A model generated the notes under the pieces. The model saw only the letters and a list, made by a program, of their open reading frames with translations, was not told where the DNA came from and did no database searches. DNA of 32,000 nt from Phycisphaera mikurensis NBRC 102666 (GTDB taxonomy: Bacteria > Planctomycetota > Phycisphaerae > Phycisphaerales > Phycisphaeraceae). Numbering within the stretch: position 1 is the first letter of the stretch; each line of letters starts with the position of its first letter. The translations under genes and the position numbers were made by a program. The stretch is from contig NC_017080.1 of the NCBI RefSeq assembly GCF_000284115.1, positions 2,850,001 to 2,882,000 of the forward strand, written 5' to 3'. Shown in pieces: positions 1-6,393 of the stretch.

Positions 1-5
1 CGCAC

Positions 6-956
6 GTGCAAGCGGTTGCCGCCGCCACGCCGCACGACGCCACCGGCCCGGGCCGCCCCGGCGGCAAGCTGCGTTGGATCGGGCTGGTGCTCGCGCTCGC
101 GGTCCTGCTCGCCGCGGCGTACCTCGGTTATCGGGTTCTCTTCGACCGCGGGCTGCTCCCGGCCGCGGCGCCGGCGCCGCCGGCGGTGCCGCGGCTGCCC
201 GCGGTGCCGGCGCTGCCCGGCGACGTGCTGCCGAGCCCGATGCCGCCGGCACCCGCCGGGGCGTGGATCGTGCCCGCGGCCTCGGTGCCGGCGCCGGCCG
301 CGGCGTCGCCGCGACGCACCGCGCAGGCCCGCGACTACGCCGTGGTGCGTTACGAGCTGGCCGCCCCCGGCGGCGCGGTCATCGACGCCACGCACCCGAT
401 GAAGCCGCTGGGCTTCGTGCTCTTCTCCGGCACCGCCTTCCGCGGGCTCGACAACACGGTGGCCGGCATGGCGGTGGGCGAGCGGAGAGCGGTCGAGCTG
501 CCGGCGGCGGAGGTGGACGCGCAGCTGCCCGCCGGCGGCGCCGCGTACCGGCTGACGGTCGAGCTGCTGGGGCTGCTCCCGGGCGTCACCAAGGAGCTCG
601 TGCGTCCGGGCGAGACCGGCGGGCGGGCCGCCGCCCCGGGTGACCGCCTGCGGCTGGCGTGGAGCGTGCGTCTCGACGGCCGCGCCGAGGCCATCGTCTC
701 CACCGCCGACACCGGCGGCCCGGTGGCGGTGACGCTGGGGGCGGGCGACCTCATCGAGGGCCTCGAGCAGAACCTCGCCGGCATGCGCGTGGGCGAGGTG
801 GCCAACTTCCGGGTGCCGCCCCACCTCGCCTACGGCGCGGCGGGCGCCGCCGGCGGCCTGGTGCCGCCGGACGCGGACGTGCTCGTCCGGGTGGAGCTGC
901 TGGGCCTCGACGACGCCGCCGTGGCCGGCACCGGCGGGGAGGAGCCCGGGCGGTGA
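6..956 (+). CDS. Membrane-anchored FKBP-type peptidyl-prolyl cis-trans isomerase with two FKBP-like domains
   Basis: 316-aa ORF with a GTG start at 6; the true start could lie at or beyond the window edge. N-terminal hydrophobic helix WIGLVLALAVLLAAAYLGY. The C-terminal domain carries the FKBP signature VTLGAGDLIEGLEQNLAGMRVGEVANFRVPPHLAYG...PPDADVLVRVELLGL. A weaker first copy is present (FVLFSGTAFRGLDNTVAGMAVGERRAVELP). The TGA stop (954-956) overlaps the GTG start of the next gene. Confidence 0.7.
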   Translation: MQAVAAATPHDATGPGRPGGKLRWIGLVLALAVLLAAAYLGYRVLFDRGLLPAAAPAPPAVPRLPAVPALPGDVLPSPMPPAPAGAWIVPAASVPAPAAASPRRTAQARDYAVVRYELAAPGGAVIDATHPMKPLGFVLFSGTAFRGLDNTVAGMAVGERRAVELPAAEVDAQLPAGGAAYRLTVELLGLLPGVTKELVRPGETGGRAAAPGDRLRLAWSVRLDGRAEAIVSTADTGGPVAVTLGAGDLIEGLEQNLAGMRVGEVANFRVPPHLAYGAAGAAGGLVPPDADVLVRVELLGLDDAAVAGTGGEEPGR

Positions 957-2791
957 AGGCGCTCCGCCGCCGATCGCGTGCCACGCTCGCGGTGCTCGCT
1001 GTGTCCGCCGCGGCGGGCCTGGTTCTCGCCGCGACCCTCGGGTCCGCGAGCTCCGCCCCGAGCACCGACGCCTTCCGCTACAGCGTGCAGGTCGACTGCA
1101 TCACCCTCGACCCGCAGAACACCAGCTCGCTGGTCGACTTCCGCGTCATCGAGACGATCTACGAGGGCCTGCTCGCGGTCGAGCCGGGGTCCGGTGCGCT
1201 CCGCCCCGCCGCCGCGTCGCTGCCCGAGGTCTCCGCCGACGGCCGGACGCTCACCTTCCGCCTCGACCCCGCCGCCCGCTGGTGCAACGGCGACCCGGTC
1301 ACCTCCGGCGACTTCGCCTTCGCGTGGACGCGCTCGCTCGCCACCGATTTCGCCGCGGTCTACGGCGGGCTCTTCGACGCGATCGACGGGGCGGAAGCGG
1401 CCTCGTCCCTCCGCGACGCGCAGCTGGAGGCGTACCGGCCCGGCACCGACGATCCCGAAGCGCTCTGGCACGCGTGGCTGGAGGCGGCCCGCGGGACCGT
1501 CGGCCTCGACGCGAGCGATCCCGCCGTGCTCGTCGTCCGCCTCGCCCGGCCGGTTGCCTACTTCCCGCAGCTGACCGCCTTCGGCGTCTTCGCCCCGAAC
1601 CACCGGCCGACGGTGGAGGCCGCGCTCTCCTTCGACGGCCGCACCGGCCGGGTCTTCCTCGACGCCGACGCGTTCAACGATCCCGACCGCGCCGTCACCA
1701 ACGGCCCGTACCGGCTCGCCGCCTGGGAGCACCGCCGGCGGATCGTGCTCGAGGCCAACCCGCACCACGCCGCGTCGCCCGCGACGCCGCGCGTCGTGCA
1801 GGACGTGGTGGAGGACAACGACCCGCTGCGGCTGGCCCGCGGCTTCGACGGCGACGCCGACTGGGTGCCCGATCTCGGCGGAGACCTCGCCGTGCGGCTG
1901 ATCGAGGCCGGCACGCCCGGCGTGATCACGATCCCGCGGGCGGGGCTCGAGTACGTCAGCCTCAACTGCCGCGACACCGTCGGTGGCCGAGCCAACCCGC
2001 TCGCCGACCCGCGTGTGCGGCGGGCGCTGGCGCTCGCCGTCGACCGCGACACGCTGGTCGCCGGCGTCTCCCGCTTGAACGAGCCGCCGATCGGCTCCTT
2101 CGTCCCGCCCGGCGCCGTCGCCGGCTATCCCGCCGGCCCCGCCGCCGCCGCCGTCTCCGCCCCGCCCGCCTTCGACCCCGAGGCCGCCCGCGCGCTGCTC
2201 GCCGAAGCCGGCTTCCCCGGCGGTGCGGGCCTGCCGCCGCTGCGCTACCTGCACAACGCCTCGCCCTCGCACACGAAGAAGGCCGTGTGGCTGGCGAACC
2301 AGTGGGAGCGGCACCTGGGGGTGCGGGTCGTGGTGGAGTCGCTGGAGTGGCGGGTCTACCTCGCCCGCCGCCGGGCCGGCGACTTCCACCTCTCCCGCTC
2401 GGGCTGGTACGGCGATTACCGCGACCCGACCACCTGGCTGGACCTGCTCCGCGCCGGGGACCCCAACAACGACACGGGCTACGCCTCGCCCGCCTTCGCC
2501 GAGGCCCTCGCGGCCGCCGGCGCGGAGACCGAGCCAAACGCCCGTCTCGTCCACCTGACCGCGGCGGAAGCCGTGATGCTCGCCGACCAGCCGGTCATCC
2601 CGCTGCACCAGGCCGTGGGCATCGAGTGGCGCGCCCCCGGCGTCACCGGCCTCGTGAAAGACCCTTGGAGCACGCTGGAACTCGAGAAGGTGCGGAGGCC
2701 TTCTGCCCCGGAGGGCCGGGGGACGGGCCCCCGCGCTCGCGTCGATCGTGCTCCCGGCCCCGACCCCCGCGAGCCGCTCATCGCACCATGA
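953..2791 (+). CDS. ABC transporter substrate-binding protein, family 5 (peptide/nickel, Opp/Dpp-like)
   Basis: In frame with track ORF 659..2791. I place the start at GTG 953 (VKALRRRSRATLAVLAVSAAAGLVLAATLGSASS, signal-peptide-like), which overlaps the upstream stop as GTGA. Family-5 style motifs are present: ETIYEGLL and FRLDPAARWCNGDPVTSGDFAFAWTR. The stop overlaps the permease ATG as ATGA. Confidence 0.8.
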   Translation: MKALRRRSRATLAVLAVSAAAGLVLAATLGSASSAPSTDAFRYSVQVDCITLDPQNTSSLVDFRVIETIYEGLLAVEPGSGALRPAAASLPEVSADGRTLTFRLDPAARWCNGDPVTSGDFAFAWTRSLATDFAAVYGGLFDAIDGAEAASSLRDAQLEAYRPGTDDPEALWHAWLEAARGTVGLDASDPAVLVVRLARPVAYFPQLTAFGVFAPNHRPTVEAALSFDGRTGRVFLDADAFNDPDRAVTNGPYRLAAWEHRRRIVLEANPHHAASPATPRVVQDVVEDNDPLRLARGFDGDADWVPDLGGDLAVRLIEAGTPGVITIPRAGLEYVSLNCRDTVGGRANPLADPRVRRALALAVDRDTLVAGVSRLNEPPIGSFVPPGAVAGYPAGPAAAAVSAPPAFDPEAARALLAEAGFPGGAGLPPLRYLHNASPSHTKKAVWLANQWERHLGVRVVVESLEWRVYLARRRAGDFHLSRSGWYGDYRDPTTWLDLLRAGDPNNDTGYASPAFAEALAAAGAETEPNARLVHLTAAEAVMLADQPVIPLHQAVGIEWRAPGVTGLVKDPWSTLELEKVRRPSAPEGRGTGPRARVDRAPGPDPREPLIAP

Positions 2792-3753
2792 TCGCCCGCC
2801 GCCTCCTGCAGCTGCCGCTGATCCTCGGCACGGTCTTCGTGCTCACGCTGCTCGCGGTGTGGGTGCTGCCGGGCTCGCCGCTGGACTCCGCGGACGGCCG
2901 CCAGGTCGACCCGGCGGTGACGCGTGCGATGGAGGCCCGGTACGGGCTGGACGCTTCGGCACCCGTCTTCGCCGGCCGCTACCTCGCGGGCCTCGCCCGC
3001 GGTGACCTCGGCCCCTCGCTGGCGTACCCCGGCCGCGACGTGGTCGACGTGCTGGCCGAGGCCGCGCCCGTGTCGATCACGCTCGGCCTCGCGGCGCTGG
3101 GGGTCGCCGTGGTGCTGGGCACCCTCGCCGGGGTGCTGGCGGCGCTGCCGGGCTTCCCCGGCCGGCCCCCGACGCCCGCGCTCCGCGCGGCCGGCACCGG
3201 ATCGCTGGGCCTCGCGCTGGTGGGCGTGTCGCTGCCGAGCTTCGTGGTCGGCACCGTCCTGCTCGCGGTGTTCGCCGGACTCACACGCCGGCTCTTCCCC
3301 GGCCAGCCCTTCCTGCACCTCCCGCTGGGCGGCTGGGGATCCGCCGCCTCGCTCGTGCTGCCCGCGGTCGCGCTGGGCCTGGCTCCCGCCGCCTACATCG
3401 CCCGGCTGCTGCGGGGCGAGCTCATCGAGAGCGGCACCGCCGGCTACGTCCGCACCGCCCGGGCCAAGGGCCTCTCCCCCGCCGCCGTCGTGCTGACCCA
3501 CCAGCTCCGCCCCTCGATGCTGCCCGTGCTCAGCTACCTGGGTCCCGCCGCGGCGAGCGTGCTCACCGGCAGCTTCGTCGTCGAGAAGGTCTTCAACCTC
3601 CCGGGCCTCGGCTCGCACTTCGTCAACGCCGTTCTGAACAAGGACCAGTTCCTGCTCCTCGCCCTGGTGCTCGGCTACGCCACGCTGCTGGTCCTCCTGA
3701 ACCTCCTCGTCGACGTGCTCTACCGCTTCGTCGACCCGCGGGTGGCGGCCTGA
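2788..3753 (+). CDS. ABC transporter permease (DppB/OppB-like)
   Basis: ATG at 2788, in frame with track ORF 1282..3753. N-terminus MIARRLLQLPLILGTVFVLTLLAVWVLPGSPLD is typical of the Opp/Dpp B-type permease. Multiple hydrophobic segments. C-terminal LLNLLVDVLYRFVDPRV motif. Confidence 0.85.
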   Translation: MIARRLLQLPLILGTVFVLTLLAVWVLPGSPLDSADGRQVDPAVTRAMEARYGLDASAPVFAGRYLAGLARGDLGPSLAYPGRDVVDVLAEAAPVSITLGLAALGVAVVLGTLAGVLAALPGFPGRPPTPALRAAGTGSLGLALVGVSLPSFVVGTVLLAVFAGLTRRLFPGQPFLHLPLGGWGSAASLVLPAVALGLAPAAYIARLLRGELIESGTAGYVRTARAKGLSPAAVVLTHQLRPSMLPVLSYLGPAAASVLTGSFVVEKVFNLPGLGSHFVNAVLNKDQFLLLALVLGYATLLVLLNLLVDVLYRFVDPRVAA

Positions 3754-3760
3754 CGAAGCC

Positions 3761-4393
3761 GGCGGGGACGCCGCTCTGTCTGGTTGTGCGCGAGGGGGCG
3801 GATCCGCGGCTCGGACAGCGTGGCGTCGCCACGCAGCTACCGCGGCCAGGCTGGCTTCGAGAGCGGAGCGGCGACGCCGCTCTGTCTGCATTGTGCGCAA
3901 AGGAGCTGGGTTGGCGACGCGGCCAGGGTGGCTGCGAGAGCGGAGCGGCGACGCCGCTCTGTCTGCCTTGTGCGCAAAGGAGCTGGATTGGCGACGCGGC
4001 CAGGCTGGCTTCGAGAGCGGAGCGGCGACGCCGCTCTGTCTGCCTTGTGCGCGAAGGAGCTGGATTGGCGACGCGGCCAGGCTGGCTGCGAGAGCGGAGC
4101 GGCGACGCCGCTCTGTCTGCCTTGTGCGCAAAGGAGCTGGATTGGCGACGCGGCCAGGCTGGCTGCGAGAGCGGAGCGGCGACGCCGCTCTGTCTGCCTT
4201 GTGCGCAAAGGAGCTGGATTGGCGACGCGGCCAGGCTGGCTGCGAGAGCGGAGCGGCGACGCCGCTCTGTCTGCCTTGTGCGCAAAGGAGCTGGATTGGC
4301 GACGCGGCCAGGCTGGCTGCGAGAGCGGAGCGGCGACGCCGCTCTGTCTGCCTTGTGCGCGAAGGAGCTGGATCGCGACCCGGACAGCGTGGC
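3761..4393. repeat. Tandem repeat array: one 106-bp long unit, then short units of period 77 bp, ending in a partial long-type unit
   Basis: The landmark GACGCCGCTCTGTCTG recurs at 3767, 3873, 3950, 4027, 4104, 4181, 4258 and 4335 (spacings 106, then 77 x6). Units are near-identical over their whole length, so there are no spacers. The array fills the gap between the permease stop (3753) and the convergent LbH gene stop (4398). Confidence 0.95.
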
Positions 4394-4397
4394 CGGC

Positions 4398-4913
4398 TCA
4401 GGGCGGGGTCCAGGGTCGGAAGCGGGGATCGTCGGGCCGGTCGGCGTGGCCGGCCGCCAGCTCCGCGTAGTGCGGGGCGAGCCAGCGGAGGTACGCGGCT
4501 TCCTCCGGCGTGACGGCGCGGGCGACGCGGCCGGGCAGGCCGATCACGGCGTGGCCGTCGGGCACGGTCAGCCCCGGCGGGACGAGCGCGCCGGCGGCGA
4601 CGAGGCAGCCGCGGCCGATGCGGGTGCCGCCCATCACGATCGCCCCCATGCCGATCAGCGTGCCGTCGCCGACCGCGCGGCCGTGGACGATCGCGTTGTG
4701 GCCGATCGAGACGCCCGCCCCGATCGCGTTGGGCTTCCCGGCGTCGCAGTGGACGCTCGCGTTGTCCTGCACGTTGCTGCCGGGCCCGATCGTCACCGCC
4801 GCGACGTCGCCGCGAACGCTCGCGCCCGGCCAGACGCTGACGCCCGCCCCCAGCGTCACCTCGCCGAGCACCCGGGCGGTGTTGCTGAGGAAAACCTCGC
4901 CGCGGCGACGCAT
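4398..4913 (-). CDS. Gamma-carbonic-anhydrase-like / hexapeptide-repeat (left-handed beta-helix, LbH) protein of the YrdA/PaaY/CaiE family
   Basis: 171 aa starting at ATG (rc of cat 4911-4913): MRRRGEVFLSNTARVLGEVTLGAGVSVWPGASVRGD. Hexapeptide repeats and the three conserved His positions are present (VHCD, IGHNA, VHG). The start overlaps the upstream gene stop (TGATG), suggesting translational coupling. Confidence 0.8.
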   Translation of the reverse strand: MRRRGEVFLSNTARVLGEVTLGAGVSVWPGASVRGDVAAVTIGPGSNVQDNASVHCDAGKPNAIGAGVSIGHNAIVHGRAVGDGTLIGMGAIVMGGTRIGRGCLVAAGALVPPGLTVPDGHAVIGLPGRVARAVTPEEAAYLRWLAPHYAELAAGHADRPDDPRFRPWTPP

Positions 4914-5473
4914 CACGGCTGCTCCGGCGGGACGCTCACGCCGCTGCGGACGAGCAGGTCGTAGAGCTGGCCGGTGAAGACGAAGTTGCCCTCGGGGAAG
5001 CTGAGCCCCTGCCGGTTGCGGTCGACGTGGCTGAACATCAGCTCGACCTCGGCGAGCGGCTCGGGCCCGCGGCCGTCGGGGTGCAGCAGCTCCACCGTGC
5101 CCGCCGTGGAGGCGCCGCCGTCGTCGAGCCGGTCGATCGTGGCCGTGTGCCGCAGCGTCGTGCCCGGCACGGCGAGCGCGTCGGTGAAGGACGCCCGGCC
5201 GATCTTCGCGAGGATCACCTTCTGCTGGAAGTCGTCCGCGTGGCCGACGAGGATGCCCGCCGTCTGCGCCATCCCCTCGATGATCAGCGTGCGCGGCATG
5301 CACGGCAGCGGCCGCCGGAGGGGCGGCCTCGGCCGCGCCACCCCGCGCGCGTCCGGCGGCGACGCCGGGAAGTGGTCGTGCATGACGTCCTCCCCCAGCG
5401 TGACCGCGCGGACCGCGACGCAGCGCCTGCGGGGCTCGAGTTCCAGGATGCGGTCGAGCCAGATCCAGCGCAT
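4913..5473 (-). CDS. FabZ/FabA-like hotdog-fold dehydratase with an atypical insertion
   Basis: Within track ORF 4913..5557. I prefer ATG 5473 (MRWIWLDRILELEP...). The hotdog motif HDHFP...CMPRTLIIEGMAQTAG retains the catalytic His and Glu positions. A roughly 20-aa Pro/Arg-rich insert (ASPPDARGVARPRPPLRRPLP) splits the usual HFPxxPxMPG motif. Confidence 0.7.
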   Translation of the reverse strand: MRWIWLDRILELEPRRRCVAVRAVTLGEDVMHDHFPASPPDARGVARPRPPLRRPLPCMPRTLIIEGMAQTAGILVGHADDFQQKVILAKIGRASFTDALAVPGTTLRHTATIDRLDDGGASTAGTVELLHPDGRGPEPLAEVELMFSHVDRNRQGLSFPEGNFVFTGQLYDLLVRSGVSVPPEQP

Positions 5474-5603
5474 GGAAGAAGGGGTTGCAGGGTGGAAGCC
5501 GGAGGCTTGGTCGGGCCGAAAGCGGAAGCCGGGCAAGGAACGAAGGGTCGGAGCCAAGGAGAAGGAAGCCGATGCAAGAAGCGGTCGGCGCAGCCGCCGC
5601 GTC

Positions 5604-5643
5604 TGCCTGTCTCCGTCTCTCCGTCTCTTCGTCTCTCCGTCTC
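5604..5643. repeat. Octamer microrepeat (TCCGTCTC-like, 4-5 copies; GAGACGGA on the transcribed minus strand)
   Basis: Read directly: tgcctgtc tccgtctc tccgtctc ttcgtctc tccgtctc. It lies in the 212-bp spacer between the ACP stop (5686) and the hotdog start (5473). Confidence 0.85.
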
Positions 5644-5685
5644 GTGCCTGGCGCAGCGACGATTAGCAACGCGGATGCCCCCCGC

Positions 5686-6069
5686 TTAGATCTTGCTCTT
5701 CACGAACTCCACCAGCGTCCGGACCGTGAACGCCTTCTCGAAGTCTTCCACGTCGCGGCTCTCCTCCACGGCGGAGAGGTCGGCGTGGGGCATCTTGGCC
5801 TTCAGCTCGGCCATCCCCTTGTCGGTGATCTTGCCGTCCTCGACGTACGCCGGATCGGTCAGCACGTCGTTGGGCATCAGCTCGGCCTGATCGATCTTGA
5901 GGCCGAACGCCTTCTCCAGGCGGAAGACGATGTCGAGGTAGTCGATGGACTCGGCGCCCAGGTCCGGGCCCAGCGTCGCCTCCATCGTCACCTCGTCGTC
6001 GTCCACGCCCAGCGCGTCCTCCAGCACGCCCTGCACCTTCGTAAAGATCTCGTCGTCGGTCATGGCCAT
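5686..6069 (-). CDS. Acyl carrier protein (ACP) with a roughly 45-aa insertion
   Basis: 127 aa from ATG 6069 (MAMTDDEIFTKVQGVLEDALGVDDDEVTMEATLGPDLGAESIDYLDIVFRLEKAFG). ACP helix I-II is present, with the phosphopantetheine Ser in the GAESID motif. A GAGGA Shine-Dalgarno sits about 8 nt upstream. A long insert precedes the final helix FTVRTLVEFVKSKI. Confidence 0.8.
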   Translation of the reverse strand: MAMTDDEIFTKVQGVLEDALGVDDDEVTMEATLGPDLGAESIDYLDIVFRLEKAFGLKIDQAELMPNDVLTDPAYVEDGKITDKGMAELKAKMPHADLSAVEESRDVEDFEKAFTVRTLVEFVKSKI

Positions 6070-6104
6070 GGGTGCGGTCCTCGCGGTCTTCGGGTTCCTG
6101 GTTT

Positions 6105-6150
6105 CCGCGGACCGTCGGCCCGGGGCTCCATGTTTTAACGCGGTCCGCGG
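6105..6150. repeat. 46-bp palindromic element, copy A (CCGCGGACCG-N26-CGGTCCGCGG)
   Basis: Left arm at 6105-6114, right arm at 6141-6150, exactly 26 nt between them. It lies in the divergent ACP/cstA intergenic region, 36 nt from the ACP start. Confidence 0.85.
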
Positions 6151-6292
6151 CGGAGCGGGGCCGCCGCGGCGTCGCGGCCCGCCCGGAGCCTGCGCGGGCG
6201 GCGTTGCCGCCCGCGCCGACACAGCGGCCTTCCTCGGCGCCGCGGCCGGCCGGGCGAGCGTGCGCGGCGGAGGCCTGCCCGCGGCTGGAGAT

Positions 6293-6338
6293 CCGCGGAC
6301 CGCGGCGCTCCCCGCCCATCCGGCGCGGCGGTCCGCGG
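6293..6338. repeat. 46-bp palindromic element, copy B
   Basis: Left arm at 6293-6302, right arm at 6329-6338, with a 26-nt spacer. It ends 55 nt upstream of the cstA start. Confidence 0.85.
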
Positions 6339-6393
6339 CGTCGATCTGTCATGCTGCACCGGCACCTTCCGCCCGCCTCCCGGTCCCGCTCCC

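Noticed and set aside
659-952. N-terminal extension of the substrate-binding protein ORF (track start 659); similarly 1282..2787 and 6072..8366 as extensions of the permease and the secreted-protein ORFs
   Set aside because: The extensions overlap well-supported genes in other frames and translate to Arg/Gly/Pro-rich sequence. Internal starts with signal-peptide or permease-like N-termini and overlap-coupled stops give coherent gene models.
3761-4393. CRISPR array hypothesis for the regularly spaced repeats
   Set aside because: The sequence between the recurring landmarks is itself identical from unit to unit, so there are no unique spacers. The period of 77 bp consists entirely of repeat, and no cas genes are in the window. 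This is a tandem repeat, not CRISPR.
3623-4964. Track ORFs running through the array (3784..4470 +, 3786..4964 +, 3893..4513 +, 3623..4285 -, 3837..4208 -, and the 3' part of 2479..4131 -) as repeat-protein genes
   Set aside because: All six frames are open only because the 77-bp unit happens to lack stop codons. The period is not a multiple of three, so each ORF cycles through all three frames of the unit. The ORFs overlap one another and the real flanking genes, and the peptides are Arg/Ala/Cys-rich nonsense with no recognisable domain.
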